From NCBI RefSeq assembly GCF_051201665.1, contig NZ_CP179211.1:50060-82059 (forward strand): a stretch of DNA of 32,000 bases, read 5' to 3'. Below, piece after piece: positions 25,066-32,000 of the stretch; position 1 is the first letter of the stretch; each line of letters begins with the position of its first letter. The DNA is from Psychrobium sp. nBUS_13 (GTDB taxonomy: Bacteria > Pseudomonadota > Gammaproteobacteria > Enterobacterales > Psychrobiaceae). The translations under genes were made by a program, and so were the position numbers. The notes below the pieces were generated by a model, which worked only from the letters and a program-made list of their open reading frames with translations, made no database searches and had not been told where the DNA came from.

Positions 25066-26042
25066 TGGGAAAGTTATTACAATTAGATCCAGTAACATTA
25101 AGTAATAGTGCTAACGAGCGTTCTTCTCTTTCTATCGTGAGGGGGCTTTCGAGAGGTGAAGTAGGATTTATTCTAGCTGCACCAGATACAGGTAAAGGCT
25201 ACTTATGCTTATCAATGTGTTATGAGTTGGCTTCTGAATTAAGTTTAGTTGGTTTAAAAACAACTAAACAGCCAATAAAGACACTCTATTGGCCAAAAGA
25301 AGATGGTTTCGCTGCAGTTGCACAACGTATCAGTGATCATTTTTTAAATTTTTCTACTAAAAATACAAATGAAATATTAAAAAATTTTAAAATTTGGCAG
25401 AGCGAACAATATATAAGTGAGGATAAAACCGACACTATCGCGTACAAAGAATTAAATGATTTAATTGCTACTGCAAAAGATTTCGATATTTTATTTATAG
25501 ATACGTTACGTGAGTGTGTTGGTCCTAAGGATGAAGTTAAAGATGATAAGCTTATTAAGTTAATTTTACAGAAAATAGCGAAAGAAGCAGATATAGCTAT
25601 TATTGCTTGTCATCATATCACCAAGGATGCAGCAAAAGGAAAAGAGCCTATATCAAGTGTTAGTGGTAGTGGTCTAAGTGAAACACTTGCTAATAGTCGT
25701 ATGCTAATTCATATAGAAAAAGTAATAAAGAATAATAAAGAATCTACTTTGATAAGTCATATAAAGCATAATTATATAGCTAAGGAAGATGTTCTTCGCT
25801 CTAAAATATGTACCTGGTCTGATAATAACCTTTTAACTTTAAAGTCATCTTCATTAGTGAATAGTAAAAAAGCCATTGAAAGACAAGTTATTGAAGAAGT
25901 AGAACCAAGTGAAATTAATATGGATTCAGTTACATTAAGCCACTCTTCAATGTTAATAATGGAAGAGCAAGCTGAACTTACTAATCCTTTATCAGATGTT
26001 GATCTTATGGAACATAAAAAGTTTATAGATTCTCAAAATTGA
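25065..26042 (+). CDS. RecA-fold ATPase of the RSF1010 RepA / AAA_25 type (putative replicative helicase)
   Basis: Walker A AAPDTGKGYL, Walker B DILFIDTL, and IIACHHITKD (HHxxK motif typical of this family). TAATG overlap with rep. Confidence 0.65.
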   Translation: MGKLLQLDPVTLSNSANERSSLSIVRGLSRGEVGFILAAPDTGKGYLCLSMCYELASELSLVGLKTTKQPIKTLYWPKEDGFAAVAQRISDHFLNFSTKNTNEILKNFKIWQSEQYISEDKTDTIAYKELNDLIATAKDFDILFIDTLRECVGPKDEVKDDKLIKLILQKIAKEADIAIIACHHITKDAAKGKEPISSVSGSGLSETLANSRMLIHIEKVIKNNKESTLISHIKHNYIAKEDVLRSKICTWSDNNLLTLKSSSLVNSKKAIERQVIEEVEPSEINMDSVTLSHSSMLIMEEQAELTNPLSDVDLMEHKKFIDSQN

Positions 26043-26232
26043 TCATAAGTTAGGTATAATCTTCAATATTAGATCTAAAGTTAAGTTTGAAATTAAATTT
26101 TAGATCTAAAGTAAGGTTTAAAAGATCTTAATTTAACTATAAAAGATCCAATTTAACCTAACTTCTAATATTTAGATCATTATTTAGCTTTAATTTGTAC
26201 CATAGAACTATAGAACTATAGAACTATAGATC
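26041..26232. repeat. Second iteron-like cluster with seven GATC sites
   Basis: Forward iteron TTTAACCTAACTTCTAATATTTAG (core 26159-26172). Inverted iteron-like AGATCTAAAGTTAAGTTT (26071-26088) and TAGATCTAAAGTAAGGTTT (26101-26119). GATC at 26041, 26072, 26103, 26124, 26145, 26175 and 26229. Confidence 0.7.
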
Positions 26233-26233
26233 C
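26202..26233 (+). repeat. 8-bp tandem repeat
   Basis: ATAGAACT three times, then ATAGATCC. Confidence 0.8.
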
Positions 26234-26347
26234 TTATGTTATCTAAGGCTGTAAGTTCCAAGAAAATAACTATCGCGCTATCGCTTGCTAGGCACGAAAT
26301 AGTGAAAAAACAAGTTTCTTCACTATTTCGCACCATCATTTATTCAA

Positions 26348-26887
26348 ATGAGTTTTTTATTTATGTTTAGAAATACACAGTTTTTAATAAGTCTTCTTGC
26401 TTTGTTATTCTCGGTGAATATTTTAGCTGATGAGGTTTCATTTAAGGTAATTGATAAAGAAGGGGGAATTCCTTCTTATAAGGATGCTATAACAGGTTTA
26501 AAGTTAAATGCCTTATCAAGTATTAAAAGTAACGTTAAAGTTACTAATATGTTGTCTGGAGACTCTGTTGTTGAGGAGTTTAATGAATATAAAGACGGAT
26601 ATATTCAATTATTTAATATTAGAAAAGTTGAAAGAGAGGGTGGGGTTTGGTTAGTTGCTGAATATAAGCATTCTACTAGTAATTATAAGCTTCTAAATAT
26701 TAGTAAAGAAATTGATGGTGAAGTAGAGCAGTTATATATTCAAGCTTCTAATATTGATCGATTACTTAATTTAAAAAACGAAACGATAGATGATATTACA
26801 TTACTTGATGAAAAAGGTATTGATACGTCTTTTTTAAAGCAAGAAGTTCAAAAAATTAACTTCCTTTTAACCAGATATTTCAATTGA
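26348..26887 (+). CDS. Secreted hypothetical protein (179 aa)
   Basis: Signal-peptide-like FLISLLALLFSVNILADE. No SD seen; the alternative ATG is at 26363. Confidence 0.5.
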   Translation: MSFLFMFRNTQFLISLLALLFSVNILADEVSFKVIDKEGGIPSYKDAITGLKLNALSSIKSNVKVTNMLSGDSVVEEFNEYKDGYIQLFNIRKVEREGGVWLVAEYKHSTSNYKLLNISKEIDGEVEQLYIQASNIDRLLNLKNETIDDITLLDEKGIDTSFLKQEVQKINFLLTRYFN

Positions 26888-26891
26888 ATAG

Positions 26892-26923
26892 TAACGGGAT
26901 AGTTATATTAGGTTATCCCGTTA
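26892..26923 (+). terminator. Hairpin after the secreted-protein gene
   Basis: TAACGGGATA-12 nt-TATCCCGTTA. The tail is not T-rich, so this is a weak call. Confidence 0.35.
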
Positions 26924-27065
26924 GTATGTCTAAAAAGAGGGCGTTCAACATTCTGTGTCAGGCTTAATTTTCTAAATATCAATGACGCTATCTAAACGTC
27001 CCTCAAAATATATCGCCAACTGAGAAACACACAAGCTCCAGTTATGGATTGGCATCGTCCATTTT

Positions 27066-27258
27066 TCAGAAGCATTCAATATGCCAGCATACAACAGCTT
27101 CAACAAGCTTGTCAGTGACTGCGCTAATCGTTCCTGTGGCCACGTTAATACCGTACATCTCCTCTACATGTGCATTGATATCACGATAACTCATTCCCAA
27201 GCTAAACATCGAGAGTATTTTGCGATCGATTTCATCTGATAGTGAGGTTTGATTTTTC
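27066..27258 (-). pseudogene. IS256-family (Mutator-type) transposase, middle fragment ending at a deletion
   Basis: QTSLSDEIDRKILSMFSLGMSYRDINAHVEEMYGINVATGTISAVTDKL is typical of IS256-family transposases. The catalytic DDE part is missing. The first 14 ORF-track residues come from the IS66 end. Confidence 0.75.
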
Positions 27259-27337
27259 GTAAGCGTCTGGCGAAATGCGCATAACATTGCGAATTCCAAA
27301 TGACTAACATTGCTTTTATTTAAAATAGAGGCGTCAA

Positions 27338-27655
27338 ATGAGAAAGCATAGAAAAAAGCACGAATGGGCAGCAGTCTTTGAAGAGCAACAACGCAGTGGC
27401 TTAAGCATCATTGAGTTTTGTAAGCTGCATGCCATATCAACAACCAACTTTTATAAGGTGCGAGCGAACATTCGAGGTAAAACATCCGGTAAGCCAGCCT
27501 TTATCAAAGCAACGATTACTAAAGATAATGACAATCCTAACGTCACATCAACAAGCCAAGTGTTCAGGCTCACAACAAAACACGCACAAATCATATTGCC
27601 AAACCACTGCTCAAGCCAGTTTATCGTTGATATTCTCAAAGGACTGCAAGCATGA
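27338..27655 (+). CDS. tnpA: IS66-family accessory protein TnpA (Orf1)
   Basis: Position, size, and the HTH-like SGLSIIEFCKLHAISTTNFYKV. ATGA overlap with tnpB. Confidence 0.8.
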   Translation: MRKHRKKHEWAAVFEEQQRSGLSIIEFCKLHAISTTNFYKVRANIRGKTSGKPAFIKATITKDNDNPNVTSTSQVFRLTTKHAQIILPNHCSSQFIVDILKGLQA

Positions 27656-27999
27656 AGATGTTTGTCGAACCAGACCAAATCTATTTACATCGCGATTTTG
27701 TTGATTTTAGAAAGTCTATTAACGGGCTAACTGAACTTGTTGAAAACTCACTTGAGCGCGATGCTTATACCGGTGAACTATTTATTTTTTGCAATAAATC
27801 CAAGGATAAAATCAAGCTGCTTTACTGGGATAAAACGGGGTTTGCCCTGTGGTATAAACGACTAGATAAGCACAAGTTTAAATGGCCCAGTAAAATCAAC
27901 GAGCAATCACTAGCGCTAGATGTGCAACAGCTTGACTGGTTACTCTCTGGTTTTGATGTGCTTGGCCATGAGACACTTAACTACCAGTCATTATTATGA
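27652..27999 (+). CDS. tnpB: IS66-family TnpB (Orf2)
   Basis: IYLHRDFVDFRKSINGLTELV...LFIFCNKSKDKIKLLYWDKTGFALWYKRL, the conserved IS66 Orf2 pattern. Confidence 0.85.
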   Translation: MKMFVEPDQIYLHRDFVDFRKSINGLTELVENSLERDAYTGELFIFCNKSKDKIKLLYWDKTGFALWYKRLDKHKFKWPSKINEQSLALDVQQLDWLLSGFDVLGHETLNYQSLL

Positions 28000-28101
28000 T
28001 CTTATTCTCGTCAAGGAACATTGACGAAACTCTCTAGATTACCTCGCATTAATTTCCCCTCAATAGCGCATAGTCGTTGGCTTTTTGTTAAGCTTCTGAG
28101 T

Positions 28102-29652
28102 ATGAAAATAGACATTAACTCACTCCCTGATGACCCCGCACAACTTAAGCAAATGCTGCTTGAGTTGCAACGGAGTGTGAGTGAAAAAGATAAAATCATC
28201 AGCGAGCAACTATCACAAATAAACCAGTTTATTGAAGATTACGAACTGGCAAAACGTAAGGCTTATGGTAAACGTTCTGAAAAGCTCGCCGGCAACGATG
28301 AAGTCTTTAACGAGGCCGAAGAAACGCTCGATGATGAAGATAAAGCGCTTATTGCTCAGAGTGATAATCAACAAGCTGCTCGCGATAAGCAATCACCCAA
28401 GCGCAAACCGTTGCCCAAGGATCTTGACAGAGAGATCGTCGTCATTGACGTACCAGATGCTGAAAAAATCTGTGACTGTTGCCAAGGTGAACTTCACCAA
28501 ATAGGTGAAGCGAGCAGTGAAAAGCTAGAGTTTATCCCCGCTCAAATCAAAGTGATTGAAACAAGGCGGCCTAAATATAGCTGCCGTCACTGCGAGAAAG
28601 AAGAAACAAGCAACACTATCAAGGTCGCTCCAGTTCCAGCGTCCCCCATCCCTAAAGGTATTGCCACCGCAAGCTTATTAAGTCAGATAATCAGTGGGAA
28701 GTATCAATATGGATTACCGCTCTATCGACAAGAATCTATGTTTAGGGAGCTGGGGATAGAGTTAAGCCGTAAAAGCATGTCGCAATGGGTGATACGTTGT
28801 AGCGAGCTTCTTGAGCCAATCACTCAAGCATTAAGGCAGCACTTACTGAAGCAGCGTGTGATTAATGCCGACGAAACGACGTTAAATGTTACCAACGAGG
28901 AAAAATCGACTTGTTACATGTGGGTCTATTGCGCGGGCAAAGATAAACTGAGCAACAGCGTTTTGCCAAACATAGTGCTCTATGATTATCAAAATAATCG
29001 GCGTGGTGAATGTGTGGTTAATTACCTTGATGGCTATACAGGATACCTCCAAGTAGATGGCTATCAGGCGTACGGTCAAACGAAAGCTACCTTGGCAGGA
29101 TGTATGGCGCACGCTCGGCGAAAATTTACAGATGCTAAAGCGGTCCAGCCCAAAAATAAGACGGGCAAGTCTGATGTGGTGCTGACATTAATCCAAACGC
29201 TTTATGGCATAGAGTCTGGCTTAGTAGGAAAATCATTTGAGGAGATAAAAGCCAGACGGCAGGAAAAATCCAAACCTATCCTAGATAAAATTCAGGCATG
29301 GGCACTAGCGCACCGAGACAAGGTGCCGGAGAAAACGAAGTTGGGGATAGCCATAAAATACTGGCTCAACCAATGGCCAAAACTCATCACTTATCTCGAT
29401 GATGGGCAAATAAGCATCGACAACAATCGTGCAGAGCGAGCTGTAAAGCCGTTTGTCATTGGTCGCAAGAACTGGTTGTTCTCAAACACGGCGCGGGGTG
29501 CAAAAGCCAGCGCGATATTGTATAGCCTCATTGAAACGGCGAAGGCCAACGGCAAGTTCGCCGATAGCTACCTGCAATACTGCCTAAACGAGTTGGCAAA
29601 GAATCCAGAAGACGTTGAATATCTGCTACCTTGGAATGTTAAGCTTGTCTAG
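28102..29652 (+). CDS. tnpC: IS66-family DDE transposase TnpC
   Basis: Cys pairs CDCC...CRHC, LPLYRQ, ADETT, VDGYQAY, DNNRAERA.KPFVIGRKNWLF. The ATG at 28102 is preferred to the ORF-track TTG at 28021. Confidence 0.9.
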   Translation: MKIDINSLPDDPAQLKQMLLELQRSVSEKDKIISEQLSQINQFIEDYELAKRKAYGKRSEKLAGNDEVFNEAEETLDDEDKALIAQSDNQQAARDKQSPKRKPLPKDLDREIVVIDVPDAEKICDCCQGELHQIGEASSEKLEFIPAQIKVIETRRPKYSCRHCEKEETSNTIKVAPVPASPIPKGIATASLLSQIISGKYQYGLPLYRQESMFRELGIELSRKSMSQWVIRCSELLEPITQALRQHLLKQRVINADETTLNVTNEEKSTCYMWVYCAGKDKLSNSVLPNIVLYDYQNNRRGECVVNYLDGYTGYLQVDGYQAYGQTKATLAGCMAHARRKFTDAKAVQPKNKTGKSDVVLTLIQTLYGIESGLVGKSFEEIKARRQEKSKPILDKIQAWALAHRDKVPEKTKLGIAIKYWLNQWPKLITYLDDGQISIDNNRAERAVKPFVIGRKNWLFSNTARGAKASAILYSLIETAKANGKFADSYLQYCLNELAKNPEDVEYLLPWNVKLV

Positions 29653-29673
29653 GTGCCTTGCCTAGACGCTTAC

Positions 29674-29947
29674 GATTTTTCTTCACTAATTGAGGTTCAA
29701 ATGTTCCATTGCGGTCTCGCGGAGTGTCGAGTTCAAAATTACCAGACGGGTGTTTGATGTTTTTACTTGTTCTGCCATTCTTTCTATTAGATTGATTATC
29801 GTTGGCTAAGTGGTGCTCTAGTTCGGCATTAAGAGCCGCTTCGGTTAATTGCTTAATCAAAGGGCCTAAGATGCCATCTTTACCAGTGAGGCTTTTACCA
29901 GCTTGTAAATCTGTTAATGCTTGCTCAAAATCAAAAGAGTTAGTCAT
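29674..29947 (-). pseudogene. IS256-family transposase, N-terminal fragment
   Basis: FDFEQALTDLQAGKSLTGKDGILGPLIKQLTEAALNAELEHHL...LDTPRDRNGTFEPQLVKKN. Excising the IS66 plus one TSD restores ...QLVKKNQTSLSDEID... in frame. Confidence 0.8.
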
Positions 29948-30015
29948 GTGTCATTCCTGTTTTATTATATTCTACTGAAATGACACAGAATTATGAACAC
30001 TCCCTCTAAAAAATC

Positions 30016-30470
30016 TTAACTCATAGAGTCAGACAACTTACTTAAATTGACCATTACTTCCAATGAATATAACCTTGATATTATTTCTTTATCATAGTCA
30101 TTTAATGCTTCAGTAATTAGTTCGTCTAAATTGTTTAGAGAGTCTAAAGTATCAACTACTGAAACTTTTTGAGCATCAGTTAATTTATTTTTTCCGGTTT
30201 TGATCGATGGAATCATTTTATCATTTATATTTTCTTTTAATGATACGAATACACCCCTTACTGCTCTATACGCTAATATATCTGCAATTGATTGAATAGA
30301 TGAGCCTTTGTACATCTCTAATGCTTTATGAGGTTCCATGCCTAGTGCATTAAAAGCTGCTGTTTCATCTGATGAAAAGCCAACAGTAGCATTATACCGG
30401 CTTTTAGTAAGAGCAGAAGCTATTAAGGTTGCATATTGTGTTTGTAAAGAGCTCCAACTATTAATTGTAG
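30016..30470 (-). pseudogene. Unknown gene truncated at its 5' end by the second IS66-family element
   Basis: The ORF-track N-terminus MSLPRRLP is translated from the IS66 terminal repeat (30471-30492). The remaining ~150 aa are unrecognised. Confidence 0.55.
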
Positions 30471-32000
30471 GTAAGCGTCTAGGCAACGACACCTAGCTAT
30501 TTAAAATTCCAAGGCATTAGTGATTCAAGAGCATCAGGATTTTCAGCAATCTGCTCTAAACAGTGGGATATATAGTCATGTACGACAAGGCCGTTAGCCT
30601 TAGCGGTTTCCACCAAACTATAGAGAATGGCGCTGGCTTTCGCACCTCTTGGGGTATGGGAAAACAACCAAGCCTTGCGTCCAATCACAAACGGTTTTAT
30701 GGCTCGTTCTGCACGATTGTTATCAATACTTAACTTACCATCATCAAGGTAGCGTTTGAATTTTTCATACTGATTCAGTGCATAGGTAATGGCTTTTGAC
30801 AGCGGCCTTTGCGGAGACAGTTTTTCTTTGTGCTCTACAAGCCAGTGATAAAACTCTTCGACAATGGGTTTGGCTTGTTGTTGGCGAGCCTTGTATTTTT
30901 CATCGTCCTTCATCTCTTTAATCGATTGCTCTATACCATAGAGTTTACCAATGAAGTTAAGCGCTACGTCGGCTTTACCGGTTGTCTTGTTGTTGCCTTT
31001 TGCTTCAATGAACTTGCGACGGATATGAGCAAGACAAGCCACTAAAGTGGCGCTGGTTTTTTCATAACCTTTGTAGCCATCAACGTGCATGTAACCTGAG
31101 TAATCATCGAGAAAATCAATGGCGCATTGTCCTGCACGACTGTTGTGATAATCAAATAAGACGATGTTTGTCTTACCTTCAGGTTTGTCATCACCGCAAC
31201 AATATAACCACATATAGCTGGTCGCTTTGTTAGCTTTGATAACCTTGAGCGGTGTTTCATCCGCATGAATCGCAGGTTGTTGGAGTAACTGTTCTTTGAG
31301 TGTGTCATACAACGGTTCAAGCAGTTCGCTACAACGAACCATCCAACTTGACATGGTTTTGCGATTAATCGTTATGCCGATATCGCCAAACCACGTTTCT
31401 TGTCGATACAACGGTAAGCCAAACTGATACTTACAGGTAATGATTTGACTGAGTAAACTTGGCGTAGCAATACTTTTAGGGATAGGAGTTGACGGCATTG
31501 GCGCTATCTGGATATCGCTTTGTATGCCCTCTTTTTCACACGCTCTGCATGCGTACTTTGGACGAACGGTTTTAATAACCTTGATATGAGCAGGTACAAA
31601 TTCGAGCGTTTCACTTTCTGCTTCACCCATTTTATGTAACGCACTTTGACAGTGACTACAGACTTTAGCGTCGTCGTGTAAATCAACCACCACCTCTTTG
31701 CGAGGTAAGGCCTCGGGTAATGGTGTGCGCTTGGGTTTTGCTTTTTCGGTGTGTGGTTCATCATTGGCGATGAGGAGCGCTTTTTCTGTGTCAGACAGCG
31801 TTTCTATGTCATCCAATTGAGCTTCTACTTCGTTAAATACTTCACCAGCCCCTGGCATTTTCTCTGACTTTTTGCCGTATTCTTTGGCAATCTTGGCGTT
31901 ATACGCATCAAGTAGTTCTTGATAGAGAGACTTTTGCTGCGCTAACTCTTTGTTTTGCTTTTGCACAACGTACTGCAACTCAAGCAGCATGCTCTTGAGT
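30471..32000 (-). mobile_element. Second IS66-family element (inverted, diverged), partial at the window edge
   Basis: The terminus GTAAGCGTCTAGGCAACGACACCTAG at 30471 nearly matches the IRR of the first copy. tnpC reads leftward. Confidence 0.85.
30497..32000 (-). CDS. tnpC: IS66-family transposase TnpC, N-terminus outside the window
   Basis: Collinear with the first TnpC at roughly 60% identity by eye (LPLYRQ, ADETP, VDGYKGY, DNNRAERAIKPFVIGRKAWLF). The frame remains open beyond the ATG at 31990. Confidence 0.9.
   Translation of the reverse strand, partial: LKSMLLELQYVVQKQNKELAQQKSLYQELLDAYNAKIAKEYGKKSEKMPGAGEVFNEVEAQLDDIETLSDTEKALLIANDEPHTEKAKPKRTPLPEALPRKEVVVDLHDDAKVCSHCQSALHKMGEAESETLEFVPAHIKVIKTVRPKYACRACEKEGIQSDIQIAPMPSTPIPKSIATPSLLSQIITCKYQFGLPLYRQETWFGDIGITINRKTMSSWMVRCSELLEPLYDTLKEQLLQQPAIHADETPLKVIKANKATSYMWLYCCGDDKPEGKTNIVLFDYHNSRAGQCAIDFLDDYSGYMHVDGYKGYEKTSATLVACLAHIRRKFIEAKGNNKTTGKADVALNFIGKLYGIEQSIKEMKDDEKYKARQQQAKPIVEEFYHWLVEHKEKLSPQRPLSKAITYALNQYEKFKRYLDDGKLSIDNNRAERAIKPFVIGRKAWLFSHTPRGAKASAILYSLVETAKANGLVVHDYISHCLEQIAENPDALESLMPWNFK

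Larger units (their letters stand above)
27259..29673 (+). mobile_element. IS66-family insertion sequence, 2415 bp
   Basis: IRL is GTAAGCGTCTGGCGAAATGCG; the reverse complement of IRR is GTAAGCGTCTAGGCAAGGCAC. 8-bp direct repeat GATTTTTC at 27251-27258 and 29674-29681. tnpA-tnpB-tnpC organisation. Confidence 0.9.
26936..30007 (-). mobile_element. IS256-family element, internally deleted and carrying a nested IS66-family insertion
   Basis: Terminal inverted repeats: AGAGGGCGTTCAACATTCTGTGTCA (26936-) and the reverse complement of the other end, AGAGGGAGTGTTCATAATTCTGTGTCA (-30007). Only about 650 bp of IS256-type sequence remains. The TSD is ambiguous (TAAAAA on both sides). Confidence 0.7.

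Noticed and set aside
23600-26240. Regularly spaced ~20-bp repeats could be mistaken for a CRISPR array.
   Set aside because: The repeats are degenerate and AT-rich, occur in both orientations, and are spaced 30-62 bp apart in helical phase. They flank a rep gene and no cas genes are present. This is iteron behaviour.
28021-28101. TTG-initiated N-terminal extension of IS66 TnpC.
   Set aside because: The second IS66 copy aligns from the region after the internal ATG (…LKQMLLELQ / …LKSMLLELQ). The ATG at 28102 is the more conventional start.

Overview
AT-rich (judged by eye, not computed) 32-kb stretch. It reads as the maintenance core of a large plasmid or chromid from a marine-type gammaproteobacterium (the host guess is inference only) and carries many insertion sequences. 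Left to right: (1) the 3' end of an unknown gene and an HExxH+VWA protein; (2) five small ORFs, each behind a conserved structured leader; (3) a Toprim/primase-like gene split by an IS3-family element (3-bp TSD GCG); (4) an acdS-acdR module (ACC deaminase plus Lrp-type regulator) bracketed by 18-bp inverted repeats; (5) a leftward operon of recE-like nuclease, recT, a 90-aa ORF and a RecD2-like helicase, where the helicase is split by an IS21-family element (6-bp TSD GCAAGG) and also has an in-frame TAA at codon 3; (6) a 550-bp repeat-dense non-coding hub; (7) three small secreted or membrane proteins; (8) a Cre-like tyrosine recombinase next to a perfect 34-bp lox-like site; (9) a 226-aa unknown ORF flanked by three copies of a 13-15-bp Ter-like motif; (10) type Ia parA-parB; (11) an H-NS N-terminal-domain-only protein with a lipoprotein and a small membrane protein; (12) a Tus homologue; (13) an iteron origin, a rep gene and a RecA-fold (RSF1010 RepA-like) helicase gene, followed by a second iteron/GATC cluster; (14) a deleted IS256-family element with an IS66-family element nested in it (8-bp TSD GATTTTTC), and a second, inverted and diverged IS66-family copy running off the right edge. 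No rRNA, tRNA or CRISPR array was seen. The most interesting observations are a possible plasmid-borne Tus/Ter-like fork-arrest module next to a Cre/lox-like resolution system, and the covarying SD / anti-SD / decoy-SD leaders of the small-ORF array.
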